DNA of 64,000 nucleotides, from assembly GCA_016432465.1 (NCBI GenBank), contig CP066690.1, positions 57,233 to 121,232 of the forward strand, given 5' to 3'. This DNA is from Candidatus Sungiibacteriota bacterium (GTDB taxonomy: Bacteria; Patescibacteriota; Minisyncoccia; Sungbacterales; HO2-52-23). The notes under the pieces are model-generated. The model searched no databases and had not been told where the DNA came from. It saw nothing but the letters and a program-made list of their open reading frames with translations. The position numbers were made by a program, and so were the translations under genes. Below, piece by piece: positions 38,216 through 47,751 of the stretch. Numbering within the stretch: position 1 is the stretch's first letter; each line of letters starts with the position of its first letter.

Positions 38216-39286
38216 TTAAACAAGTGTATATTTCCCGTCGTCCGTCCTCTTAAAAAGAGACTTATTCTGTAAATTCAAAAGTATGGTCGGCTGCTTGACC
38301 AGGCGTTTCTCCAGAACCATCCTGATTATTGCATCTTTAGACAGCGGCCTACCGGCCGATTTGAGAACAGACGCTAAAACATCACGCACCACGCCAGGCT
38401 CGTATCCCCACTCGCGTAGCGCATAAAGTCCACGGCCAACTAAAACAAATCTTTTATCTTTAATAAGCTCATTATGCACTGTCTGGGGATGGGCCTTTCG
38501 CTTGGACCAGCCGGCCTTATTGATGCCTTCGGCCACCTCACGGAAGTGAAGCGGATTTCCAGACTTAGCAAGCACCAAATACGCCTTGTCCCTAACGCCT
38601 CGCGGATTTATGGTTGACCACGAAACAAGTCCAAACTCACCATAAGGATTAACGTGGATAATTTTTGATGTTTTTAAAAAAGAGTCAGCCGCGTTCTCTA
38701 CAGAAAGATCTCTTAATACCTCTTTGGCGTTACGAGAAATAAGATCATAAAGAACCACCCTAGTGACGGGTTTGCCTATTTTTTCCAGATCCCGCACAAC
38801 ACCGGATATTACTTTTTCGCCGCCTGCTGCGCTGTCTTTATCAACTGCCCAACGATGGCGATGCCGATCATCCTCGGGAACTCGATAGAAATCTTTTCCA
38901 ACGTCCAAAAGTAACGCTACGTGGGGATAGTGTTTTGCCTCGGATGCGGTTGCCATAAGGTGGCCTTCGGCCATAACGCCGCCATGCTCTTTTATATGAT
39001 CGTGGAGCGCAGCCAAAACCGGTTCTGCCTCTTTTATATTCTCTGGTTTGGCAAGGTGGCGCAGTGCATCTGCCTCAATTTGGCGCACGCGTTCTCGCGT
39101 AATCTTATATTCTTTCCCTATAGCTTCTAGGGTCTGACGACGACCCGCGAGCCCAAAACGCCTTTTCAGAACATCCCGCATACGGCGGGTAGGCAGCCTG
39201 TCCATCATTGTTTTGACAACCAAGTCAGGTTTAATGGATAAATTTGAATTAGACATGAAGATTATCCGCTTATTACGTCTTGCCAA
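38216..39286 (-). CDS. sigma-70 region 4 / HARE-HTH domain DNA-binding protein
   Basis: N-terminal ...RRFGLAGRRQTLEAIGKEYKITRERVRQIEADALRHL (sigma70 r4 HTH); C-terminal ...RFVLVGRGLYALREWGY (HARE-HTH). Confidence 0.6.
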   Translation of the reverse strand: MARRNKRIIFMSNSNLSIKPDLVVKTMMDRLPTRRMRDVLKRRFGLAGRRQTLEAIGKEYKITRERVRQIEADALRHLAKPENIKEAEPVLAALHDHIKEHGGVMAEGHLMATASEAKHYPHVALLLDVGKDFYRVPEDDRHRHRWAVDKDSAAGGEKVISGVVRDLEKIGKPVTRVVLYDLISRNAKEVLRDLSVENAADSFLKTSKIIHVNPYGEFGLVSWSTINPRGVRDKAYLVLAKSGNPLHFREVAEGINKAGWSKRKAHPQTVHNELIKDKRFVLVGRGLYALREWGYEPGVVRDVLASVLKSAGRPLSKDAIIRMVLEKRLVKQPTILLNLQNKSLFKRTDDGKYTLV

Positions 39287-39446
39287 ATTACCGTTAAGGA
39301 TTTAATAATTTGGGTGCGACTATAATTCAGTCGGGGTTAAATAAGATAATAGATAAGCCAGATCTCTCTAAAGAGAACAGGCCCTTATAACCCTAGTTAA
39401 GAATAACATATTACTTCTTACTTGTCAATCTATGCCAGATCACGAA

Positions 39447-39708
39447 CTGAGACAGCGCAGGGATAATACCGTATTAGTTTCTTTTCTTCGCACCAAACTT
39501 CTGCCAGATCACCAGCAGGGGGCTTGCCCCCACACCAATTCTACTACGGAGTTTGTATTGAAAAATGGGCATCTTGTCAGAAAAGTCTTGGAATTAATCA
39601 CAAAAGATTCTGCAGTAGAATTGGTGTCTGAGACAACGCAGGGATAATACCGTATTAGTTTCTTTTCTTCAAACTAAACTTCTGCCAGATCACCAGCAGG
39701 GGGCTTGC
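39447..39708. repeat. 80-nt direct repeat (duplicated secF 3' end) flanking a 14-nt inverted-repeat element
   Basis: gagacaRcgcagggataataccgtattagtttcttttcttc...cttctgccagatcaccagcagggggcttgcc at 39447-39527 and 39628-39708; IR acaccaattctact/agtagaattggtgt between. Confidence 0.7.
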
Positions 39709-40545
39709 CACAAAAATAGAAGAATAAGTCCCGAATATAATTCCAAGCATCAAGGCAAGTGAAAAGTACCTAGTTGTTTCTCCCCCTAAAAAAAATATAG
39801 CTAAAAGAACGAGCAGGACCGTAAATGAGGTATTGATTGACCTTGACAGCGTCTCATTAACACTGCGATTAACCGTAACCTCAAACGGCTCCATAGCCTT
39901 TAACTTGTGCAGGTTCTCCCTGGTTCTATCAAATACTACAATTGTATCGTGCACAGAGAACCCTAAAATTGTCAATAGGGCCGTTATAAACAGGGGGTCT
40001 ATCTCCACACCCCTAACATGTCCCAGGAGCGCAAAAACCCCCGTAGGAATAGACACGTCGTGCACCAGTGCAATCACGGCTGTTATGCCGTATTTCCACG
40101 AGGATACTGGTTTAGACACTTTCCTAAAGGCCCAAGCTATATAAAGTATAATTGCCAAGACCGCAAAACCCAACGCCATAATAGATTTTTGTTTTAGCTC
40201 ACGCCCTATGGTCGGCCCGATAGAATCAAATCTAAATTCTTTAGCCCCCGGACCGAGTTTGGTTAAAATTTCCTGATGCAGACTTTCATTAATATCTTTG
40301 AACCGCAAAATCATCCCTTTCTCGCCGGTGGGCTGTACAGCAAGCGTGCCTAAACTCAACGACTCAAGACTCTTCTTTATTTCTTCAACTGCAGGACGGT
40401 CATTCTGATACTCAACTTCCAGAAGCGATCCGCCGGTAAAATCAAGGCCCAACCTAAGACCCCACAAACCAATAGCAACGAAACTGACTACCAACAGAGT
40501 GGCGGACAAGGTCAAAAATACATACTTTTTACCTATGATATCCAT
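39655..40545 (-). CDS. secF: protein translocase subunit SecF
   Basis: 6-TM SecF conservation, adjacent to secD. Confidence 0.85.
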   Translation of the reverse strand: MDIIGKKYVFLTLSATLLVVSFVAIGLWGLRLGLDFTGGSLLEVEYQNDRPAVEEIKKSLESLSLGTLAVQPTGEKGMILRFKDINESLHQEILTKLGPGAKEFRFDSIGPTIGRELKQKSIMALGFAVLAIILYIAWAFRKVSKPVSSWKYGITAVIALVHDVSIPTGVFALLGHVRGVEIDPLFITALLTILGFSVHDTIVVFDRTRENLHKLKAMEPFEVTVNRSVNETLSRSINTSFTVLLVLLAIFFLGGETTRYFSLALMLGIIFGTYSSIFVASPLLVIWQKFSLKKRN

Positions 40546-40547
40546 AT

Positions 40548-41921
40548 CTATCTTGCCAATCCGTTTAAAAATAAGAAACGAAGAGATTCCAGACGTCGGC
40601 TCATAAATGCAATTAGGAGAGTTCTCGTCACACTGATAGCCGAGAACATACTTACTAAAATTCCAACTCCAAGGGTCAAGGCAAACCCCTGCACCATACT
40701 TGTGCCCATCCAGTATAAAATTGCTGAAGTAATAAGACTGGAAATATTAGAGTCGCGGATAGAGGTCCAGGCGCGTGAAAAGCCTTCATAAATCCCCTCC
40801 TCCAAACTCTTGCCTTGACGCAACTCCTCCTTTAGGCGCTCAAAAATTAAAACATTGGCATCCACGGCCATACCTATGGAAAGAATAAATCCGGCAATAC
40901 CCGCTACGGTAAGCGTTACCGGAATTAATTTAAATATAGCCAACACCAAAGCAGCATAAAGAAGGAGCGCCATAACCGCCAACATGCCCGGCAGACGGTA
41001 CCAAAAAATCATGAAAAGCGTTACCGCCAAAAAACCGATAAGGCCGGCCTGCAAACTTCGCTCCAAAGACTCCTGCCCCAAAGACGCTTCTACTGATTGC
41101 TGGGAAATCAACTTGATAGGCACAGGCAGAGCGCCGGCATTTAAACGCCCCACAAGTTCCTTGGCCGATTGGGGTGTGAAATTTCCGGTAATCTGCGCTT
41201 TTCCGCCTGCAATCTCTTCCCGAACAACCGGTGCGGATATGGGCGCCCCGTCTAAATAAATAGCCAGCTGCTTACCAACATTGCGGCGGGTCAAGTCTTT
41301 AAAAATTTTTCCTCCCTCATCAGTAAGTTCAAGGTTTATTTGCGGCTGAAAAGTGGTTTGGTCAAAATCCAGTGCAGATCGCTTAACCTGCCGACCAGTA
41401 AGTATGGTGGGCGTAAAGTACGGATCCTCCGACAGCCGCTCTCCTTTTTTTTGCGACTCTAAAATTTTATTACGTTCTTCCTCTGGGGTTTCTTCCCGAA
41501 ATTCAAGGTATGGTGTTTCGCCAATAAGTTTAATGGCGGCATTTATATCCTTAATACCGGCCAACTCCACTATAAGCCTCCAGTCTTTGCCTGATTTTTC
41601 AACCTGTACCAGCGGCTCCGCAACCCCAAAAAGATTTACCCTTCGCTCAATCACATCCCGCACCGCCTCCATGGAACTTGCATAATCAGGGGTAGAGATG
41701 TTGCCCAAATCAGCCTGATACCGGAGGTGCGTTCCCCCTTGTATGTCCAGCCCCAGACGATAAGGAATATTCAAAAAATTTAATTCAACCCCCGTGAGGC
41801 GCGAAAAATATTGAGGCGCGTCAAAAATGCCAAGTAAAACGCCCACACATAAAAACGCGGCCGCGATAAGCCGCGCTGTTTGAGGGCGCATATTTTTTTT
41901 AACAGCCGTTGCTGAATTCAT
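40548..41921 (-). CDS. secD: protein translocase subunit SecD
   Basis: 457 aa, periplasmic domain plus C-terminal 5-TM SecD block. Confidence 0.85.
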   Translation of the reverse strand: MNSATAVKKNMRPQTARLIAAAFLCVGVLLGIFDAPQYFSRLTGVELNFLNIPYRLGLDIQGGTHLRYQADLGNISTPDYASSMEAVRDVIERRVNLFGVAEPLVQVEKSGKDWRLIVELAGIKDINAAIKLIGETPYLEFREETPEEERNKILESQKKGERLSEDPYFTPTILTGRQVKRSALDFDQTTFQPQINLELTDEGGKIFKDLTRRNVGKQLAIYLDGAPISAPVVREEIAGGKAQITGNFTPQSAKELVGRLNAGALPVPIKLISQQSVEASLGQESLERSLQAGLIGFLAVTLFMIFWYRLPGMLAVMALLLYAALVLAIFKLIPVTLTVAGIAGFILSIGMAVDANVLIFERLKEELRQGKSLEEGIYEGFSRAWTSIRDSNISSLITSAILYWMGTSMVQGFALTLGVGILVSMFSAISVTRTLLIAFMSRRLESLRFLFLNGLAR

Positions 41922-41925
41922 TATG

Positions 41926-42306
41926 TTAGTGGCCCGAAAGAAACAAAGACGCTATCGCGCCGCCCATGCCGTCCAAAAATAAATCCATCATGGTGTCCTG
42001 ATAAAACAACGGGCCCATAAGAACCATTACTGTCTCGTTTATAAACACATATTCGGCAAGTTCCCAGAAAAATCCAAGAGCCAGTGCGCCGCAAGTTAAG
42101 TGCCAAACCCTAAGTCCCCATGACGTTTCCTGATAGGATTTGGGGACCGCCTTTTTCCAAATTGAGACTATAAACCAGGAAGCAACGGCACCGCCCGTCA
42201 AGTGCAAAGCAACACTAAACCACCACTGGGACCCGAAAATATTTTGTGCCCCAAAATATACCAGAAATAACACACCCAGAGCCAAGGGCGGCGCTATGAA
42301 CTTCAA
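41926..42306 (-). CDS. hypothetical membrane protein
   Basis: 126-aa, 4 TM helices. Confidence 0.45.
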   Translation of the reverse strand: MKFIAPPLALGVLFLVYFGAQNIFGSQWWFSVALHLTGGAVASWFIVSIWKKAVPKSYQETSWGLRVWHLTCGALALGFFWELAEYVFINETVMVLMGPLFYQDTMMDLFLDGMGGAIASLFLSGH

Positions 42307-42374
42307 GGGATATCCTCCGAATGTTCTAAAATAAAAATACCAGATGATCGCTCATCTGGCAAGACGCTCGTTAG

Positions 42375-43442
42375 TTACTTTACAACTTCTTTTGCCCTAT
42401 TCCACCCCAAGTTCATAAAAATAGAAAAATTCTCACCCGAACTTCGGCCAATTGTACCACCCCGATGTGGCCCGACAATGCACTTTTTGGTGGCGTTAAA
42501 CGCGAGCCCCCCGGAATCCCCGTAAAAAGACGCCACCCGGCTTACCATGTAAGGATGCACCTCTGTCTCACTGTTGGTGTATTGAAAAATCGGACTTCGG
42601 TAGGTATAAGTCTGATCCTGCGAGAGCTGGGTTTTCATCCCTTTAATATCGGCATGTACCACGGCTTCTCCTTCTAGTTTGGACAGATAATTCTGGTCAA
42701 CGTAATTTGAAGGATAACCAAAATGAAGCAGTTTATCTCCCAGCATCTTAGGATTAGTGCATAGGGGATAAGGGACTTGAGGATATTCCTGAAAAATGGC
42801 TCGGGCTTCCGGAAAAGACTCAAGTTGTGGCATCCGTAAAATCGCGACGTCAATCCCCTCTTCATCATGCCGCCTTATTACCTCCTGCAGATTTTCAATG
42901 GTGGCGTGAAGATAATGAATTGGTTTTCGCTCGCGAGGAAAAATTACCGAACAATTCTCGCTTGCCGAATCCTTTACAACATGGGCAGCGGTGACAACTA
43001 TTCCGCCCTTTAACATGAATCCGGAACCAACGTACTTCCCGAGGCCGTCAGAAGACGGACATTCAATTTTTACCACCGAGCGCAAAATCTCTGCTTCGTC
43101 AGACGATGAAAATTCCGGTACAGGTGGCAGCACTTCTTCCGGAGCCAGCGCCAATCCCTCCGGTACTGTGGTGGCAGAAGAAACTGCAGGAGGAGGCGGC
43201 AGTTTTGGTAAAAAATCTGGCGGCGCCAAAACCGGTTCCCTTGGTAATGGTTTTACCGGAACTTTAGATAGCGGCGGGGGGACTGTATTTTGCTTCTCGT
43301 CTGTGGTGGTTGCCGTTAGAGAAAGCTGTGTTTGCTCTGACGGAGGCAAAGTTATTGTAGTTTTTCGTTCCCCAATATCCTGAAAAAACAAAAAACCCAA
43401 AGAAGCCGCCAAAACCAGCACTAAAACCATATACTTAGTCAT
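42375..43442 (-). CDS. secreted trypsin-like serine protease (S1 family)
   Basis: signal peptide, Pro-rich linker, TAAHVV (His), GDSGG (Ser) motifs. Confidence 0.7.
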   Translation of the reverse strand: MTKYMVLVLVLAASLGFLFFQDIGERKTTITLPPSEQTQLSLTATTTDEKQNTVPPPLSKVPVKPLPREPVLAPPDFLPKLPPPPAVSSATTVPEGLALAPEEVLPPVPEFSSSDEAEILRSVVKIECPSSDGLGKYVGSGFMLKGGIVVTAAHVVKDSASENCSVIFPRERKPIHYLHATIENLQEVIRRHDEEGIDVAILRMPQLESFPEARAIFQEYPQVPYPLCTNPKMLGDKLLHFGYPSNYVDQNYLSKLEGEAVVHADIKGMKTQLSQDQTYTYRSPIFQYTNSETEVHPYMVSRVASFYGDSGGLAFNATKKCIVGPHRGGTIGRSSGENFSIFMNLGWNRAKEVVK

Positions 43443-43449
43443 AACTTAA

Positions 43450-43608
43450 GACCTCTTACACAATAACAATTCTACTGCAATTCCAGAATTTTGGCTGCAA
43501 ATCGTTCAGGCTTCGTCGGCTTATATGTGGCATATAGGCCTCCTCATCCTTCACGATTTTCGCTCAAAATTCTGGAATTTCGTCACGAATGCTTATTGTG
43601 CAAGAGGT
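43450..43608. repeat. conserved hairpin element, copy 2 (extended arms)
   Basis: ttctactgcaattccagaattttggct...ctcaaaattctggaatttcg with compensatory g/c swap relative to copy 1; outer arms gacctcttacacaataac/ttattgtgcaagaggtc. Confidence 0.7.
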
Positions 43609-43676
43609 CTTTGATTTTAACAAACTCACCCCCCACATTCGAGGGGTGAGTTTTTAAACGGTTAGTGTCTAAGTCA

Positions 43677-46337
43677 CTATCGGAAGAACTCTATAATATT
43701 TGCGAAGAACCCTTTCCGCGGCGCGCTTCCCGAAGGCGGGGGTGGCGGCGGTTGTGTAGTTCCTCCGCTGGGAGGCGGTGGCTGAATCGTACCGCCGCTT
43801 GGAGGAGGTTGCTGGATTGTTCCACCACTTGGAGGAGGCGGCTGAATCGTACCGCCGCTTGGAGGTGAAAACTGCTGGAATGTGCCGCCACCAGATGGCG
43901 GTTGGAAACCATCTCCCGAAGGCGGATAAAAAGTCCCGCCTTGTCCTGTTCCAAAACTGCTTCCTTCGTGTGGTTGAAATGAACCGCCGCCCGAAGGCCC
44001 AAACGTACCGCCGGGCTGCTGAAAACCTCCTTCCTTCGGAAAGGGGGTAAAAATACCTGGAGTTCCGGGACGCGGTCCAATTCCTTCCGAAGGGCCAGCT
44101 CCTTCTGGTCCCTGCGGAAATGGTCCGAAAATACCGGGAGTTCCGGGAATCGGTCCCATACCGCGCGGTTGCGGAAACCCAGTTGAACCTTCCCCCCTAG
44201 TCCCTCCTGCTCCTCCCGGAAACTCACCCGGTCTCCCCGGAAATTCTTGTATGCCACGTCCGGGAAATTCGCCTCCGCTGCCGCCTGGAAATCCTCCTTC
44301 CTCACCCCGAAAACCGCCTTGTTCTCCTGGAAATCCACCCTGACCACCAGGAAATCCACTCGGCCCACCCGGAAACTCACCCGGTCTTCCGGGAAAACCG
44401 CCGGGGCCGCTCGTCTCTCCCGGGGGCGTCATTCTGAAATCTTCAAATCTCTTTTGGAAAAAATCTTTTCTTTCTTCCTCGTTGCCGAATTTTTGCCCTC
44501 GCAAGTCTTCAAAATTACTCTTAAAGAATTCTTTTCTCTGCCCATCATTTTCAAAACTGGGCAATTCATCCTGATGTACCTCAATTCTCAAATTATTGCG
44601 AATCTGCGGAAATTCATGCCCCGGAGGAATGCCTCCTTCCGGCGGACGCGCGCCCGGAGGACCTCCAGGAGGACCCATACTAAAACATTCCTCTTTGTGT
44701 TCAGAACAATACTTGATACACTCCTGCGGCGAGGTGCAGCCTCCCGGGCCTACGAATCCAAACCCTCCGGGACCACCCGGACCGCCGCCCATTGGACCGC
44801 CCGGACCTCCCGGAAATCCGCCGCCTTCTTCACCCGGAAATCCTCCTACTCCTCCGGGGAAACCACCGGGACCACCCGGACCAAATCCGGGCGGAGGACC
44901 AAATCCCTGACCGCGGAATTGTCCTTCCAACTGCCTAAATTCTTCAAAACGCTGTCCTGACTCCTGATCAAAACGCCGCATCTGCTCTTCAAATCCTCTT
45001 ACGCCCGGAGGCGGACCAAAATCTTCCCTGCGTACCTCAAACCTGCGTTCTGTAAATTGCTTAAGCATGGCCCGCGCTTGTTCCGGCGGCATGCCTCCCT
45101 GCGCCGCGCCAAAAGCCACGCACTCTTCCGCGTGATTAGGGTCAGTACAATAGGCGCGACACTCGTCGTCATTTTTGCAGCCGCCGGGCCCGCCCTGACT
45201 TTTTACTACCTCCTGAATTTTACGTCCGGCCTCAAATTGCTTCTCTTCTTCTTGGCTTATAAGCCCTTGTTTTTTGGCAAAACCAAAACATTCTTCTTGA
45301 TGAGCAGGGTCATTGCAATAATCCTGACATTGCCTTCCCCGACATCCTCCGGGTCCGCCCTGCTTGGCAACATTTATAAATTTCTTGGCCCGTTCCAGCT
45401 CTTCTTTCGGCATAAGACCCTCCCGCTCCGCATGTTCTATGCAGACTTCCGTATTATCCGGGTTTTCGCAGAATTGACGGCACTGCTCCGGACCCCGACA
45501 ACCGCCGGGTCCTGCTTTCCCAGCAAATTTGCGCGCCCTTTCCACCTCCTCTTTGGACATAAACCCGCTTTTCTCCGCAAAGTCAATACATTCACTCTGG
45601 TGCGCCGGGTCTTCGCAGTAAGCGCGGCACTGCTCTTGTCCTTTACATCCGCCCGGACCGCCGGCTAGTCCCGCTTTTCTTACACGCGCTGCCTCTTCTT
45701 TCTTTATAAACCCGTTTTCCTCGGCAAAAGCTAAACATTCTTCAGTATGCGCGGGGTCATTACAATAGGAACGGCATTGCTGTTCTCCTTGGCAACCGCC
45801 CGGACCTGTTTTGGACTTTCTTAGTTTATTTATTCGCGCCAGTTCTTCTTTGGGTATCAAACCGTTATCAGCTGCATACTGAAAACATTCTTCTTCGTGT
45901 GCCGGATCATTACAATATGCTTCACAGGCGCGTCCCCTACAGCCTCCGGGTCCGGGTTTTCTGGCGCGTTCGGCCTCCGCTTTAGACATAAAGCCATTTT
46001 TTACCGCAAACTCAATACATTCATCCTCGTGGCCCGTGCCATCGCAATAAGCCCGGCATTCGTTTTCCGACTTACATCCTCCGGGACCTCCTTGATTACG
46101 CACAGTTTCGGCCTTGGCCGCGCTACTGCTGTCCACCAAGCCGTGTTTTTTGGCAAAAGCCAAACATTCAGTGCCGTGAGCCGAGTCGTCACAATAAGAC
46201 TTACAGACATTTTTATCGGCACAATTACCCAATTCCGGAATCGGAAACTCAATATCAAAAGGCGAGCTTGCCGAGAGAAACAGGGCAAATGCAAAAAACC
46301 CTACGCTAAATAGTGAAATTAAAAGTAGTTTCTTCAT
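43677..46337 (-). CDS. giant secreted repeat protein: ~11 Cys-rich ~45-aa modules plus Gly/Pro-rich low-complexity tail
   Basis: signal peptide; repeats GPGGCxGxxxCxxYCxDPAHxxECxxFAxxxGxxxKEExERAxK; C-terminal GGFPG and PPPSGGTIQ repeats. Confidence 0.75.
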   Translation of the reverse strand: MKKLLLISLFSVGFFAFALFLSASSPFDIEFPIPELGNCADKNVCKSYCDDSAHGTECLAFAKKHGLVDSSSAAKAETVRNQGGPGGCKSENECRAYCDGTGHEDECIEFAVKNGFMSKAEAERARKPGPGGCRGRACEAYCNDPAHEEECFQYAADNGLIPKEELARINKLRKSKTGPGGCQGEQQCRSYCNDPAHTEECLAFAEENGFIKKEEAARVRKAGLAGGPGGCKGQEQCRAYCEDPAHQSECIDFAEKSGFMSKEEVERARKFAGKAGPGGCRGPEQCRQFCENPDNTEVCIEHAEREGLMPKEELERAKKFINVAKQGGPGGCRGRQCQDYCNDPAHQEECFGFAKKQGLISQEEEKQFEAGRKIQEVVKSQGGPGGCKNDDECRAYCTDPNHAEECVAFGAAQGGMPPEQARAMLKQFTERRFEVRREDFGPPPGVRGFEEQMRRFDQESGQRFEEFRQLEGQFRGQGFGPPPGFGPGGPGGFPGGVGGFPGEEGGGFPGGPGGPMGGGPGGPGGFGFVGPGGCTSPQECIKYCSEHKEECFSMGPPGGPPGARPPEGGIPPGHEFPQIRNNLRIEVHQDELPSFENDGQRKEFFKSNFEDLRGQKFGNEEERKDFFQKRFEDFRMTPPGETSGPGGFPGRPGEFPGGPSGFPGGQGGFPGEQGGFRGEEGGFPGGSGGEFPGRGIQEFPGRPGEFPGGAGGTRGEGSTGFPQPRGMGPIPGTPGIFGPFPQGPEGAGPSEGIGPRPGTPGIFTPFPKEGGFQQPGGTFGPSGGGSFQPHEGSSFGTGQGGTFYPPSGDGFQPPSGGGTFQQFSPPSGGTIQPPPPSGGTIQQPPPSGGTIQPPPPSGGTTQPPPPPPSGSAPRKGFFANIIEFFR

Positions 46338-46476
46338 AAAACAATAAATACCGTTACATTTCAGCGAAGTAGTATACCCGCAGAAATGTTCTGAATTTTA
46401 TTTTGGTATCCCCACGACAAGACTGCATGGTTTTAAAAATGTAACGGGATAAAGACTTACTCAATTGAGTAGGCCT

Positions 46477-46728
46477 TTATTTAAACGGGTTAACTTTTAC
46501 GTCCTCAAATGGATTGGTGGGGGATTTGCTAAAAGGATTGGTCGTAGTTTGCTCAAAAGGATTGATGGCTTTGGCCGCCTCCTTTTCAGCATCTTTTTTG
46601 CGTGCTTCTCCAGCCGCTTTCTCCTTGGCCACTCCCTGCTGCAGACCGTAATAGTACCCTCCGCCCAATCCGACCAAAAGGGCCACAAGCACTATAAGCC
46701 AGCGCAGGGGACTTGATCCTTGTCCCAT
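46477..46728 (-). CDS. small membrane-anchored protein with NPF repeats
   Basis: 83 aa, TM helix, NPFEQ/NPFSK/NPFED/NPFK. Confidence 0.4.
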   Translation of the reverse strand: MGQGSSPLRWLIVLVALLVGLGGGYYYGLQQGVAKEKAAGEARKKDAEKEAAKAINPFEQTTTNPFSKSPTNPFEDVKVNPFK

Positions 46729-46875
46729 GAAATTTTAGTTTAATGAGTAATTTAATTTCATCCTAAGCCCTATTTCCGTGATTAAAAAGAGCAGGTTATC
46801 CACATATTGACACCACGCAACACTCATGCTAGTATGAAAAGGTGCTGGCGAACCAGCTAGCTCTAGGGGGACGTA

Positions 46876-47439
46876 ATGACCCGGCAGCAAAAGGAACAGG
46901 AACGAGGTATCAGGGTCGCTGAAAAGTATGGCTTAAAAAAGACAGCAGAGATAATCAGGAGGGGTGGTTGTTTTGGGCAAATTTTCAATACTGCAGTTGA
47001 CGAGTGCGGACAAGCACAAACCGTAGCCATTATTACCAAAAGCAGGATCCCCTTATGGGCATATAAGCTGGCTAATTGGTTATGGTTAGACCGTTATGAC
47101 CGCCTGACGCCGACTTTGACAGATAAACTCGCCAAGGTGGCTATTCAACGACGCAACAGCCATTATGCAGCTCTCTTCGCACATCTACCCGACATTACTA
47201 AGGAGCTAAGAGCAGAATTGGAGGAAGTCGTTACTTCCAGCAAAGATACCTATGCTGCCGTGTTGCTTGCTGAACTACCCGGAATCAGACGCGAGCTAAG
47301 GGAACAATTAGGAAAGATAGTACTTACACATGGCACTAACGCTGATGCCTTTTGGTTCTTGGATGATAAAAAGACCCGACGCGGAATTTCCGCTGCTTTA
47401 AGAAAGAAGCTTCGGGCTTTGGAAAAGTCTTGGCTATAA
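46876..47439 (+). CDS. hypothetical helical-repeat protein
   Basis: 187 aa, repeated AALFAHLPDITKELRAELEEV-like helices; hairpin terminator 47480-47503. Confidence 0.45.
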   Translation: MTRQQKEQERGIRVAEKYGLKKTAEIIRRGGCFGQIFNTAVDECGQAQTVAIITKSRIPLWAYKLANWLWLDRYDRLTPTLTDKLAKVAIQRRNSHYAALFAHLPDITKELRAELEEVVTSSKDTYAAVLLAELPGIRRELREQLGKIVLTHGTNADAFWFLDDKKTRRGISAALRKKLRALEKSWL

Positions 47440-47751
47440 GGACACGATTAATTTGAAAAAAGAAGGCAGAGACCTAAAAGGCCCGGCGCATATGCGCGGG
47501 GCTATTAAATTACCATATTCTCTTTCGTAAGAACTTATGCCTTTATTGTAGCACGAGGTTAAGAAAAATAAAATACTTAACCTGCCGTGATCATAAAAGG
47601 AGTCGGAGTAGGAGGCTGCAATATGCAGAATGCCTCCGCAAACTATTCGCCTATTCGCGCGAATTAGAGAACAGTAACTTTTAAAAAGTGGTCAACTTAG
47701 GAAAATAAGATTAGGGGGAACAAAAAATAGATATGATATAGTGAGTGGGTT

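Noticed and set aside
39432-39647. ORF 39432..39647 (+)
   Set aside because: Lies entirely within the duplicated secF 3'-end/inverted-repeat element, with no RBS
43691-46313. Many overlapping ORFs on both strands within 43.7-46.3 kb
   Set aside because: Artefacts of the GC-rich, low-complexity repeat gene 43677..46337 whose signal peptide and periodic Cys modules identify the true frame
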